DNA from: a virus
Taxonomy: Duplodnaviria; Heunggongvirae; Uroviricota; Caudoviricetes
Strand: one strand, 5' to 3'
IMG/VR virus record: IMGVR_UViG_3300021255_003500
Location: 73,962-107,106 of that record
Length of the DNA: 33,145 bases
Part shown: positions 9,001 through 18,300 of the stretch, one piece after another
How positions within the stretch are numbered: position 1 is the stretch's first letter
Layout: each line of letters opens with the position of its first letter
The notes under the pieces: generated by a model
What the model saw: only the letters and a program-made list of their open reading frames with translations
Databases searched by the model: none
What the model was told of the DNA's origin: nothing
Translations under genes and position numbers: made by a program

Positions 9001-9201
9001 GGCATTGGCGATGGTGGACGCCAGGGCAGCATCGTCGCCAACCTGGGCGATCATTTCAGAATCCGCAAAGATGCGAATGTTCTTGGCGCCGTTGCGCCAT
9101 TCGTTGTTCGCCCAGCTACGGGCAGCGGCCTCCGTAGAGGCGGTGAAGGTGATGGTCTGGAAACGGTTGGGGTTAGCGGTGGTGGCGATGATGCGGAACA
9201 T
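6022..9201 (-). CDS. single-subunit two-barrel RNA polymerase (YonO / cellular RdRP-like), 1059 aa
   Basis: GGAGG RBS before MFRII. Motifs in order: TDGSAVIS, FRLSLNKG, SVFKGKF, LRSPQ, RMRGDFDGD (7240-7254), DGVDASKHG. No in-frame TAG. Confidence 0.85.
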   Translation of the reverse strand: MFRIIATTANPNRFQTITFTASTEAAARSWANNEWRNGAKNIRIFADSEMIAQVGDDAALASTIANAHKGVDDDTRTGMGKWPEWLLATFDNDGVMNAVEELPGQKVAEETISQLDETGIPAVLFHHLMVERITKTVNLDTSSVQNPMDQIDHFNIGRQGVYFTGTVSVPRGPLAKKVSELTGRPVNEVIVKITSRINGLESDNEEVRTKAEEKKAAWDRTIEKGFSHKGERFVVLGHGTNAAKECEVVAVPASVADQIFAWATNQADGNWNVTVAKMIAYAGLSMVSIKPYVSKGIKVEPEDFQYWKTLEHEINSDAVRVMHNGDVIDVNTITQKGTDGSAVISFSSKKIAEICENNAAKIVEFKQKLNELQGHSFRLSLNKGYATVMKIDGMQTFLRSIGINEINGRSIDDIVVFADNSVFKGKFGEKGSHASQADFCEKWHRDHSDRDIGVLIESAKVDGKRGRLPNQTWTCLPGLREKQLQKLMEQEESWLNSLTPGEIIGGMLGKLVDANPGLMNVKSIRERFVESKQVLVDEAKQGRFHNLTRMFAGNGDIFAWARFNATNEYVPYIPANVVVVRGLKLTYEGQPVVILRSPQEDPGSICIANCYSSFKAAGCREGKLLDSITRPDGTVFFSNEDDMVTRMRGDFDGDHFFIIDNDLFVNIIRDAMNRAVDFGDGAKRAPLVDWEESASVKKAVAKADRQQYLRNLVVSPNPGTWDNAIRKLMSTRPFNKPLSRYDFCAIAQATKKFNVDGVDASKHGASGDNFELHPALNGIGEVPMGRGFAMQRAERRGTELNEKQTMPSFGNNAMDTIRLYFDRMEVQLPAIPGEIENVRLENAVQAPHIYNLIGKPAYGFFPYDDDGNLAKKPVVLLHFSSFEEAISSIEMGHYVQVRGRNTVASDYAAVHIDGDTAIFGIDGDTIGEEVHGKWICLEWKSPVFSALESRVQETLMSMNKDEKLKSWVSDYRKNAAIYNRLALEAYALFYGYDIKAAYNKIVSFMFREDMSPNAWRPNKFTLRFFEMIFAQEIKEVIEQKIGNLLDGDLDDELFIPSLE

Positions 9202-9363
9202 AGTGTTACCTCCTTGCATGTTGATGGGTCATGCTCCCTTGTTTGTGAGCGCCTTTGGCACTCAAAAGAGCCCACGATGCTGTGCACCATGAGCTCTGTC
9301 GAATGGCCCCGCTTGGCAGGCGGGGCAAAAGTTAACAAAAGAGAAGTCCTCCTCCGAAGTCGA

Positions 9364-9693
9364 TTATTCTTCGAGGTTATTGGCCCAACGATAGGCATCA
9401 CATACGATCCGATGCAGCTTTTGCCTCTCCTCCTTTCGATTGAAGCTGCAGAAGTATTCCGTGTAGAAATTTTCCGCTTCCCTGCAAGCTTTGGAGATGG
9501 CTTGTTGGAAACCCGCGCAGGTCCAATCTTCAAAACCATTGCGGATATTTTTCGGCATGAGGAACAAGGTGCGCAGAGTACTAACGAGATCCTGCTTGCG
9601 GAGCTCCACATAACTGCCTTGTGCCATCAGGGCGGTGGCCATGATGCTAGCCAGCTCGTCAACCATTTCCTGGAAATTGCCATACTTAAACAT
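9364..9693 (-). CDS. hypothetical protein
   Basis: Start MFKYG after AAGGAGG RBS; TAA stop. Confidence 0.7.
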   Translation of the reverse strand: MFKYGNFQEMVDELASIMATALMAQGSYVELRKQDLVSTLRTLFLMPKNIRNGFEDWTCAGFQQAISKACREAENFYTEYFCSFNRKEERQKLHRIVCDAYRWANNLEE

Positions 9694-9785
9694 AAGGTCC
9701 TCCTTCTTCCACACTTGGCAGTGGATGCCGTTTTTTATTTCAGCCCAGAGGCTGATTACGGGGCTCACAGCGCGAGCCCCATCTA

Positions 9786-9908
9786 TCAGCTTTCGATAAC
9801 ATCCGCACGATTGCCACGGATGATAGCGTCCGGATAGTCATAATAGAGATCGGACGCCGTGTCGTAGCGTCCGACCTCCTGGTCAAACTGGTTATAGGCA
9901 ATAATCAT
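9786..9908 (-). CDS. small hypothetical protein (40 aa, not in the ORF track)
   Basis: AAGGAGG RBS; MIIAYNQFDQEVGRYDTASDLYYDYPDAIIRGNRADVIES then TGA. Confidence 0.6.
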   Translation of the reverse strand: MIIAYNQFDQEVGRYDTASDLYYDYPDAIIRGNRADVIES

Positions 9909-10025
9909 TCAATTGTACCTCCTTCGCACTTCTTCATGGTTAACAAAAGAGAAGCCATCCTCCGATGATGAGAAGGCCAAGTACGAGTCCGTCAATGACG
10001 GAACAAACAAGAATTTCCTTAAGCG

Positions 10026-10241
10026 TCATTCGGGCTTCACCTCCCGAATGAACTTTTCTTCAGCCCGTTCCAGGCGATGCTGGCGGGAGAGAACGTCCCG
10101 CTTATCGTTTTCAATGATAGCCTGGATCTGGAAGAGATGGAGGCGGATCGCGGCCTCCTGCGAGGGGGAGATGTTCCCGCAGATGCGGGAAATCAAGATG
10201 CTCTGGTCGAGCTCAAGGATCGTGTTGTTGATATTGGTCAT
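10026..10241 (-). CDS. hypothetical protein
   Basis: 71 aa, AAAGGAGG RBS, TGA stop. Confidence 0.7.
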   Translation of the reverse strand: MTNINNTILELDQSILISRICGNISPSQEAAIRLHLFQIQAIIENDKRDVLSRQHRLERAEEKFIREVKPE

Positions 10242-10345
10242 GATGAAGCCTCCTTTTTTGATTTGAAATCGCCTCTTTGATAACCCAGGAGGCTGACTGG
10301 GGCTTGCATTCTGGACGCAAGTGTGGTATTTTATTGTAGAGGGGG

Positions 10346-10549
10346 TTACTTTCTCGCGCTATACACGCGAGTGCCGTTTCGCCACTTGGCGATCAGCTCA
10401 TCGTCATCGAGAATTACGACGATGTTGCAGAAACGTGCTTTGGCGAGTGCGTTCTGCACTGCTTCTTTGAGACTGTCAGTCTCGAAAGGTTCGCAGTTGG
10501 TTGCACGTACGGTGTATTCGTACGTGTGGCGGGGACCGTAGTACTTCAT
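10346..10549 (-). CDS. hypothetical protein
   Basis: Start MKYYG after AAGGAGG RBS; TAA stop. Confidence 0.7.
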   Translation of the reverse strand: MKYYGPRHTYEYTVRATNCEPFETDSLKEAVQNALAKARFCNIVVILDDDELIAKWRNGTRVYSARK

Positions 10550-10705
10550 TGGAACCTCCTTCTCGCCTCTCTGTTGCAGCAGGGAGGCATTTTTGTGATT
10601 GCTCATCTTTCTGAGCTGTCAGGGAACCACGAGTTTACGCTGGAAAACCAAGCGAACCCGCAAGAAACCCATTTATGTTCTTTCCCTCTCCCTACCTCAA
10701 AAATG

Positions 10706-10734
10706 TGTCCACTCTCCGCATTATTTATAATGGA
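10706..10734 (+). promoter_or_regulatory. putative late promoter TGTCCAC-N2-TCCG-N5-TTTATAATGGA
   Basis: Sits at the point of strand divergence, ~60 nt before the first morphogenesis gene; twin of 1701-1729. Confidence 0.6.
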
Positions 10735-10792
10735 AAGATACGCTCTCATGGGCGTTACCAGATTTGACATCTTTTGCATTTTGGAGGTAGTT

Positions 10793-11026
10793 ATGAGAGC
10801 TGATTGTCTTTACTTTGAAACCAAAGATCTGGATGAGGTCTCCTGGCTGAGCAAGCATGGTATTCATCCTGTATCAGCAAACAGAGATCTTCGTCATTGC
10901 AAGGTTTACAAATATCAGAAGTCACAGATGCTTTATCTGGTTCTTGCTGACTGCTATGCGCAGAAGAAGCTGCATGCTGAATGGGCTGCGTATGATCCAA
11001 CGCCTGATGCTGAGATTGAGTGGTGA
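10793..11026 (+). CDS. hypothetical protein, first gene of the late operon
   Basis: GGAGG RBS, start MRADC, TGA stop. Confidence 0.7.
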   Translation: MRADCLYFETKDLDEVSWLSKHGIHPVSANRDLRHCKVYKYQKSQMLYLVLADCYAQKKLHAEWAAYDPTPDAEIEW

Positions 11027-11032
11027 TCGCAA

Positions 11033-11914
11033 ATGGCAGAAATAAAAAAAGCGGCAGCAGAGAAACCTATGAAGGTTTGCATCCGCTGCCAGAAACCGAA
11101 ACCGCTGACGGAGTTCCATCCGAACAAAGGCTGGAAGGAACAGCAGGGGCGAGACGTATGGTGCAAGGACTGCGTAGCGCAGTGTGGAACTAAAGAAATG
11201 CTGCGTGAATACTTCTGGGATAACAACCGGGAATGGAACGAACAGATATGGGCGCAAGCCAGGGTGAAGGCAGAGAAGATGGCGGCGACCAACCTCACCT
11301 TCCAGAAGTCCAACGACGAACGCCGCAAGATGATCCTGGACCGGCTGACTTGTCAGCAGGTGCCGACTGTGATGAACAGCCTGTACAAGTTTGTCGACAA
11401 TACAGAGGGTGGCAAATATGCCAGCTTCCAGCAGGCGGAAGAAGAAACCAGTTTGGGACCGAAGGAAGATCCTGACGCGAAGGTCTTCAGCGAGAAGTTC
11501 AATGGCTACTTCAACAAGAGTGAGCTGACTTATCTGGAAGACTATTACAACGGTCTGGAGGAAGACTTCGAGCTCAACGACACGAACCTCCGCGACATAG
11601 CCAAGAAGCTGGCGAAGGCGTCTCTGCAGGCAGACAAGGCGCAGGACATGTTCATGGCAGGGCGCTGTGACTTCAGTGTGGTCAAGGATGCGCTGAGCCA
11701 GTTCGACCTTCTGTCAAAGTCAGGAAACTTCGCAGCTTGCAAACGCAAACCTGGGGACAATAATGGTCTGGGTTCCTGGGCGGAGATCACTTACAAGCTG
11801 GAGACCACCGGCCATCCATGCACCCGAAAGATCGAGTGGCCGAAGGATGACGTGGACAAAACCATTGATGAGTTCCGGTACATCGTCGAAGCCTTGGGCT
11901 ACGACAGTATGTAA
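11033..11914 (+). CDS. probable terminase small subunit / Zn-finger protein upstream of terL
   Basis: CxxC...KPLTEFH...WCKDC zinc-binding pattern; position directly before the large terminase as in SPbeta-type head clusters. Confidence 0.6.
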   Translation: MAEIKKAAAEKPMKVCIRCQKPKPLTEFHPNKGWKEQQGRDVWCKDCVAQCGTKEMLREYFWDNNREWNEQIWAQARVKAEKMAATNLTFQKSNDERRKMILDRLTCQQVPTVMNSLYKFVDNTEGGKYASFQQAEEETSLGPKEDPDAKVFSEKFNGYFNKSELTYLEDYYNGLEEDFELNDTNLRDIAKKLAKASLQADKAQDMFMAGRCDFSVVKDALSQFDLLSKSGNFAACKRKPGDNNGLGSWAEITYKLETTGHPCTRKIEWPKDDVDKTIDEFRYIVEALGYDSM

Positions 11915-11919
11915 TACGC

Positions 11920-12048
11920 GGCAGCTTTCTACGGAGGCTGCCTGAAGCTAAAGGATGCGTCTTTTAGCTCTTTTAATAAAGGGGCATTGCCCCTTACTGC
12001 GCGATCTCACCATCGGTGAGATTGCTCAAAAGGGGCATTGCCCCTTAT
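11920..12048 (+). other. array of five consecutive stem-loops forming the tRNA leader
   Basis: GCAGCTTTC-TACG-GAGGCTGC, AGCTAAAGGA/TCTTTTAGCT, AAGGGGCATTGCCCCTT twice, GCGATCTCACC/GGTGAGATTGC. Confidence 0.65.
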
Positions 12049-12119
12049 TGCGCGGTAGTGTAAAGGCAGCATATTTGACTCATTCTCAAAAGATCTAGGT
12101 TCGACTCCTAGCTGCGCAA
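12049..12119 (+). tRNA. tRNA with CAT anticodon (Met or Ile2), no encoded CCA
   Basis: Full cloverleaf: acceptor TGCGCGG/CTGCGCA, D stem GTGT/GCAT, anticodon stem TTTGA/TCAAA with loop CTCATTC, T arm CTAGG-TTCGACT-CCTAG. Confidence 0.85.
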
Positions 12120-12145
12120 CTAACTTTTTGGAGGTGTAGCCCTGT

Positions 12146-13789
12146 ATGGTTATAAAGCCAGGCGTGATCACCAATTGGGACCTGCTGGAAGAACAGGTTA
12201 TCTTTTACAGGACTCACCTGGATATCTTTATCGAAGACTGTATGCCACCGGTAAAACTGACTCGGGATCAGCATGTGATCGCCAGAGCTTTCGGCAATTG
12301 CGACGATATCAAAATCGTTCAAAGCCGTGGCTAGGGCAAGACGTGGCTGACAGCTCTGTGTTGCCATGCGCTATGCTGTCTGTATCCCGGAACATTGGTA
12401 GCCGTCTGTTCAGGTACAGCAGCGCAGGCTACGCTTGTTTTGGAAAAGCTTCGCCTGCTTGCTGATCAGAATCCAAATATTGCCAATGAATTATCCTCTG
12501 GTTCTTCTCGTGCTTTGGTTCAGTTATCGAAGGACAAAGGCCGGGCAAACTACAAGAACGGTTCCAAGATCGAGAGCTTCTCGATTGAATCCATGCGCGG
12601 CCAGCGTGCAAAGGTCGTCGTCGTAGACGAATGTCCTGAAGTGGATCAGGAACTGCAGGATGCCATCGTCTCACCTATCAAGAACTATCGGCGGGACATC
12701 TCCTTCAACTACGGATTCAAGGACTACAGTTCCAAGACGGTGAACATCACCTCCGCCTGCGAGAAGGCAAATTCATTCTATAACGAATTCAAACGAGTCG
12801 TTCGCGACATGGCGCAAGGCCGGCGTGAATCCTTTGCCTGTGCTCTGGATTACAACGCTGCGGTGGCGAACGGGATCACGTCCATGGAATACTTCATGGC
12901 CGAGAAAGCTAAGCTGCCGGATATCGTATTCCAGATGGAGTATGGCTCCAAGTTCGTAGGCGCCAATAACAACTCCGCCTTCCCCTATGAGCTGACGCAG
13001 AGCTGCCGGACGTTAACGAAGGTTGAGATGGAACAGCCGAAGAACTCCAAGTCACGGTATGTGATCTCTCTAGATATCGCAACCTCGGAAGCCAAGGACG
13101 CTGACAACTCCATCATCACAGTGCTGAAGTTCACAGAGCGAGCTGATGGTACCTTTGCCAAGAAACTGGTCTTCATCCGTTCCTTCCATGGGAAATAGCT
13201 GGATGTCCTGGCGGACGAGATCCGGGTATTGTATCATCAGAAATTCCCGAATACTGAACGGATCATTTACGATGCCCGTGGTCTGGGCGACAGTCTGGAT
13301 CGCTTCTTCGATAAGGAGTATGTGGATCTGACCACAGGCAAGGAGTATCCGCCTTTAGTCGTGGATGACATGATGAACCATAACGCAGCCGCTCTGCAGA
13401 TCCTGCATCCCTTCCGGGCTGTGCAGACATTGAACCAGCGGCTGTACACCAACCTTCGCGTCGCGTTGGAGAAGCGAACAATCGAGCTGCCAGTCAGCAG
13501 CCGGGTGATCCAATCCAGCGAAGCGGAGAAGGACAGTAAGAAAAGCATGAGCATGGAAGAGAAAGCGGTGTATCTGGAAACAGACGCACTGCAGTTTGAG
13601 ATGGGCAACATCGTTGCCAAGATGTCGACCAGCGGCCATGTGCTGTATGATACGCCCAGGAATTCCATGCATAAGGACCGTTACTCCTCTCTCGCTATGG
13701 CGGTGGACTATGTCAGCGAGATGGAGAAAGAGAACGTCAAGAAATACAAGCAAGGCGCTCCGGCTGTAGGTTTAGCCAGCGCATTCTAA
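12146..13789 (+). CDS. terL: terminase large subunit (two in-frame TAG read as sense)
   Basis: Walker A SRG*GKTWL spans TAG 12332; Walker B VVVVDE; nuclease SLDIA and KDRYSS; second TAG at 13196; TAA stop. Confidence 0.92.
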
Positions 13790-13804
13790 AGGGAGGTGTG
13801 CCCA

Positions 13805-15397
13805 GTGGGCTTATTTGATCGTTTCAGACGCAACCCGGTGGCGCAGCCTCCGGAGCCAGTCAAACGTCCAGTGGTGGACGTAGTTGGCGCAAACAGACGG
13901 GATGACGAGGAAGAAGAGAAAAACTTTCAGACCTTCAGCAATTCTAATATTACTTTCTCTGGAGAACTAAGCGGGTTTGATTATTAGAACATTCTCCGGG
14001 ATAAGCAGAACCATATTGTGGATCTATACAAACTGGCGGATTACTTTACGGATGCTGATCCCATTGTGCGCGGTATCGTACGCCACGTATATGTGCCGTA
14101 TACTCTATCTTCTCCCTGGGTCCTGAGTGGAGCCACAGAAAAGACGCGCAAGATCTACGAGGAATATTATAAGCGCATCCGTCTTCGGGAGAGGCTGAAC
14201 AGCATCTGCCTGGAATACTGGAAGTACTCCAACGTCTTCGTCTATATCATGAACGGGATCCCGATCACTCTTCCCGTGCACAAGTGCAAGATCGGCAGTG
14301 TATCTCTGAACGGAGAACCTATCGTTGACTTCGACTGCCAGAGCATCTACAACGAATGGAAACAGAAGAGCTACTCTGTGCAGGAGAACTGGATTAAGGA
14401 TAATAACCTGGAAACCTATTTTGCGGGCTATCCTCCGGAAGTGCAGGAGGCGCTGAACAAAGGCGCTCAATATGCACAGCTGAACCCGAAGTACACAAAG
14501 GTGCTTCAGGGTGACAAGGAAGGCTGGCACAGGTACTCAATCCCGTTTATCGCGGCGTGTCTGAGTGCGTTAGCCAAAAAGGAACTGATTGGTAAGTATG
14601 AGGACGCCGTGCTGAACCTGGGAATCCATTCCTTCGTACACGTCTCCTATGGTGACGAGAAGAAGGGTGCGGATATTCTGCCGGACATCAATCAGCTGCG
14701 TGCTGCCAGGTCTGTATTCTCCAAGGCCATGAACGGCTTTCCGCTGGCAGTGACCAATCAGCTGGCGAAGGCTACCGTGGTGCAGCCTAAACTGGATGAC
14801 CTGTTCCAGTTTGACAAGTATCGGGATGTGAACAACGACATCCTGTCTGCTGGTGGCATCAGCGGGATCATGGTCAGCGACATCAGTGAGGACGGTTCTA
14901 CTTTCGCTTCCGCGCAAGTGTCAGAGCGTACAGCTGCTGTCCGGATCGAAGCCGCCAGGGATGAGATCTGCGAACTGATGAATAAGATCAATGCGATCTT
15001 CCGGGAGTCCCTGGAGGAGGAGCATATCTATAATCTGAAAGAGGTACCTGAGTTCAGCTTCATGCCGCTGGATATGGCAGGACGCAAATCCCTGCGTGAT
15101 GCCTGCAAGGAGCTGTGGGAGCAGGGACTTGTGAGCACCGAGACCATGATGTCTGCTCATGGTTATTCGTTGGAACGGGAACGCGCCAAGCGCGAAGCCG
15201 AGGCTGCCAATGGGACAGACGAAATTCTGATTCCAAGAGATCAGATGAATCAGCAGCAGTCAGAAGAACCATCCGGCAATCCAGTTGGCAGGCCGGAAAT
15301 GACAGACGACGAACGAACGTCTGACCCCGCTTCTGCGATCAGAGGCAAGCAACCGAAACCTTCCAATCCGGAAGGAAGCATGGGAGACTCCGGTTGA
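13805..15397 (+). CDS. portal protein (one in-frame TAG)
   Basis: GGAGG RBS, GTG start, TAG at 13985 joins the two track ORFs; follows terL; about 530 aa. Confidence 0.85.
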
Positions 15398-15494
15398 TAA
15401 TGGTAATAACAGCCATTCGGCTGTTGTTATAGATTAGCTCGAAACATTCTTTGCCCCTACCATTGAATGGGAGAGAGCGTAAGGAGAAAGACCA

Positions 15495-16781
15495 ATGGAA
15501 AGAATAACAACTACCTTCATTGCGTCCGTTATCTCCGAAATTCAGCAGTCAGATATTTATCTGACGGTCAAAGCTCGGCTGTTCGAAACACCGGGAGCTA
15601 ATCTTAACGGTGTGAGAGTGACGCCTGCGTTCCTGGACGAGATCGTCCAGAATCAGGAGAAGTATGTCGGGCTGCCCGTGTGCGCAGACGTGAAAGCGTT
15701 AGCGAACGGGAACTATGAACACCTTGGTCATCTGTATGACGCTCGGACCGGTGAATTCCATTCTGCCCAGATTGGTTCCTTCTATCAGTATGAGAAAGAG
15801 GAAACAGCTGAAGGTGCGGCTCTGATCGGCTATGCCAGGATCATGAAGCGGAACAAGGCTGTCTGCAAAGCGATTGCTGAACTCTTTGCGGACAACGCGC
15901 TGAAGTTCTCCTTTGAGATCTCCTGTGGCAGTTATCGAGAGCTGGACGACGGGACACTGGAAATCGATGCCGGAGAGAACAACTTCCTGGAGGGTGCCGC
16001 AATCGTAACGTTCCCTGCGTGCGAGAATGCGGTGGCTCTGGATCTGGTGGCCGAGTGCAACAGTATTGCAGATGATTGCAGAAGGGGTGAGAACAAGATG
16101 ACGGACGAACTCCAGGCCTCCGTAAAGGAGGAGCCGGTGATCGCCGAAGCGGCTGAGACTGAAGCTGCCGAAGAAAACATCGTGGCCGAAGAGACCACGA
16201 AGGAAGAAGCGGTGGCGGAAGCTGAGACTGCCGAGACGAAAACCGAAACCCAGGAGACCGAGGAAGAAGCGAAGACAGATGTCGTCTCCGAAGCTTCTGA
16301 AGTCGCCGAAGTAATTGTTCGTGAGGAAACCTATACCGAGCATTCTGTGCATACCTATGATACAGAGACCGGTGTCGAAACTCATGATACGGTCACACAG
16401 CATTCTGAGATTGCGTCTCCGCTGGAGACAACTTCTATTGCTGAGACCGACCCAGAAGAAGAGAAGGATGACGAACCGGATGAGCCCGAAGAGCAAGAGA
16501 AGCCAGATGATGAAATGGCTGCCTGCGGGAATCCCGAAGAGGAGAAGGAAGATAAGTACGCCAGCGTTATTACTGAAATGCAGAGCATGATTCAGCAGCT
16601 GAAAGCCGAGCTGGACGAAATCAAGAACAAGCCTGAGCAGATAATCGCTGAGGCTGCTTCCAAATCCGCGAACGAAGTCAATCCTTTCCTGGCAGATATT
16701 GATACGAATGCCGGGCATAAGTATTCTCTTCTGGAGAAGGCTGAAAAGCCTTCCAGTTATTCGCTGCTGGACAGAGCGTAA
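15495..16781 (+). CDS. prohead protease / scaffold fusion
   Basis: N-terminal HK97-protease-like part (GHLY...KFSFEIS...AIVTFPA); long acidic E/T-rich C-terminus with a coiled coil. Confidence 0.75.
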   Translation: MERITTTFIASVISEIQQSDIYLTVKARLFETPGANLNGVRVTPAFLDEIVQNQEKYVGLPVCADVKALANGNYEHLGHLYDARTGEFHSAQIGSFYQYEKEETAEGAALIGYARIMKRNKAVCKAIAELFADNALKFSFEISCGSYRELDDGTLEIDAGENNFLEGAAIVTFPACENAVALDLVAECNSIADDCRRGENKMTDELQASVKEEPVIAEAAETEAAEENIVAEETTKEEAVAEAETAETKTETQETEEEAKTDVVSEASEVAEVIVREETYTEHSVHTYDTETGVETHDTVTQHSEIASPLETTSIAETDPEEEKDDEPDEPEEQEKPDDEMAACGNPEEEKEDKYASVITEMQSMIQQLKAELDEIKNKPEQIIAEAASKSANEVNPFLADIDTNAGHKYSLLEKAEKPSSYSLLDRA

Positions 16782-16797
16782 ACTGCCCAATATTACT

Positions 16798-16818
16798 GGG
16801 AGGCTCAGCCTCCCTTTT
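16798..16818 (+). terminator. possible terminator after the scaffold gene
   Basis: GGGAGGC-TCA-GCCTCCC then TTTT. Confidence 0.5.
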
Positions 16819-16838
16819 ACGTGAGGAGATGACAGCAC

Positions 16839-17267
16839 ATGGCTGGTTACATGACGGCCCTGCAGGGCTATGTGTATGAAGGCGAGCTGAAGAACGGCAA
16901 CGCGAATCCGATTGCCAACGGCATGCTCGTCGCTCCCAAGCTGTCCAATGGCGAACTGGTGATGGATCTGCCGACTGCGGATTCCGACACCAAGCTGCTG
17001 TGCAAGGAAGTTACCACGATCTACGATGGTATGCCTGCCTATCGTTTTATTGTGACTGCTCTGGGTAAGAAGGTTTATTTTGTTGAGAACGGTTTCGAAG
17101 TGAACACGGATGCCGAGTACGACACCACCACTTACACGACCGCTTCCGGCAAGTATCTGCGCGCTCATCCGCTGCTGGTGGGCGAAGAATTCGTCACCGA
17201 CCAGGTGAACGGCACCCCCGTCGTTGGTACGGAGTATGGCGTGCTGGCCACCGGTAAGGTGGGTTAA
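16839..17267 (+). CDS. head decoration / capsid cement protein
   Basis: 142 aa beta-rich protein between scaffold and capsid; strong C-ending codon bias. Confidence 0.6.
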   Translation: MAGYMTALQGYVYEGELKNGNANPIANGMLVAPKLSNGELVMDLPTADSDTKLLCKEVTTIYDGMPAYRFIVTALGKKVYFVENGFEVNTDAEYDTTTYTTASGKYLRAHPLLVGEEFVTDQVNGTPVVGTEYGVLATGKVG

Positions 17268-17281
17268 GGAGGTGAAAGACA

Positions 17282-18283
17282 ATGGCGGACATTAAGGTAA
17301 ATCGCGACAGCAAGCTGATCAAGGTGCTGGCTGCGCAGGCGAACCATGAGCGGGTTGATTCCTAGAATGCGGAGGAAGCCGCTCAGATCATTTCCGAGCT
17401 GACCGTGGATATGGGTAACGAAGCGAATCGGAAGCAGATTGCTCAGACCGTTGCTTTCACTGTGGACGAGCTCCAGAAGAAGGAACTGGATTTCCTGAAT
17501 CGCATCGCTGATATCAAGAACATCGGTTATAACGACAAGGCGATGTTCAACATGCGGACTGGCGGCATCAAGGCCTACATCCAGGCCAAGGGTGCTACCA
17601 CTAAGCGCAGCATGGTTGCGGATCGTCAGGTCTCTGTGGAGACTGTGGAGATCTCTGCCCGTCCCGCGATCAACATCGTGGATCTGCGTGCCGGTCGTGT
17701 GAACATGGCTGACCTGATCCAGGAAGCGAACCGTGAGATCACCAACAAGAAGCTGGCGATCGTGGAGAAGGTTCTGCATGATGCCATCGCGGACTTCGCG
17801 TCCCCCTTCTATGCTGCGGGTAGTCCCGGCATTGTGAAGTAGACCCTGGATGCGCAGCTGGCGTACTTCCGCCGGCTGGGTCCTGTCACCATCCTGGGCG
17901 ACCAGGCTGCTGTGTAGCAGCTGGCTCCTCTGACCGGTATGGCTATGAGCAGCACGCAGACCCAGTTCAGTCCCGAGCTGATTAACGAGCACAACGGCAA
18001 CGGCTTCATTGGCCGGTATAACGGTGTGGACGTGATCTCTCTGACCAACAGCTATTTCGATGGCACCACGACTCCTGTCCTGGCTACCGACTGGCTGTAC
18101 ATCATCCCTGGCGGCATGTCCGGCGATACCCGTAACCTCAAGATCGTCAACGAGGGCGGCGTGAACAGCATCGACAGCCAGAACATCGATGACATGGTGT
18201 ACGAGATCCGTCTGGATCAGTGGTTCGGCGCTGCGTTCGTGAGCGGCAAGCTGCCTACCATCGGCGCTTATAAGATCAACTAA
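17282..18283 (+). CDS. major capsid protein (three in-frame TAG)
   Basis: GGAGGTG RBS; TAG at 17363, 17840, 17915 join the fragments into 333 aa; C-terminus IRLDQWFGAAFV; TAA stop. Confidence 0.85.
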
Positions 18284-18300
18284 TCACAGTTGCGAATACG

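Noticed and set aside
6409-9837. 1142-aa plus-strand ORF
   Set aside because: Antisense shadow of the RNAP gene caused by its codon bias; no RBS or motifs, while the minus-strand ORF has the catalytic motifs.
9891-9901. Fifth TGCCTATAA hairpin
   Set aside because: Not palindromic and lies inside the coding sequence (I-A-Y-N) of the 9786-9908 ORF.
10304-10332. Plus-strand sigma-A-like promoter TTGCAT-17-TATTTT
   Set aside because: Single weak match, antisense to 10346-10549, with no supporting downstream feature; too uncertain to call.
12049-12119. tRNA as the amber suppressor
   Set aside because: The anticodon read from the cloverleaf is CAT, not CTA.
12332-12334. TAG as pyrrolysine
   Set aside because: TAGs are spread across many structural genes and Q-rich contexts, and no pyl genes are visible; Gln is the simpler reading, though not proven.
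15699-17282. 527-aa minus-strand ORF (and similar shadows at 2557-3105, 3145-3870, 17264-17992, 21194-21871)
   Set aside because: They lie antisense to well-supported genes and have no independent support.
12146-18283. Terminase, portal and capsid as pseudogenes, intron-split genes or sequencing errors
   Set aside because: All breaks are single in-frame TAGs with no frameshifts, no TAA/TGA and no intervening sequence, and conserved motifs run across them.
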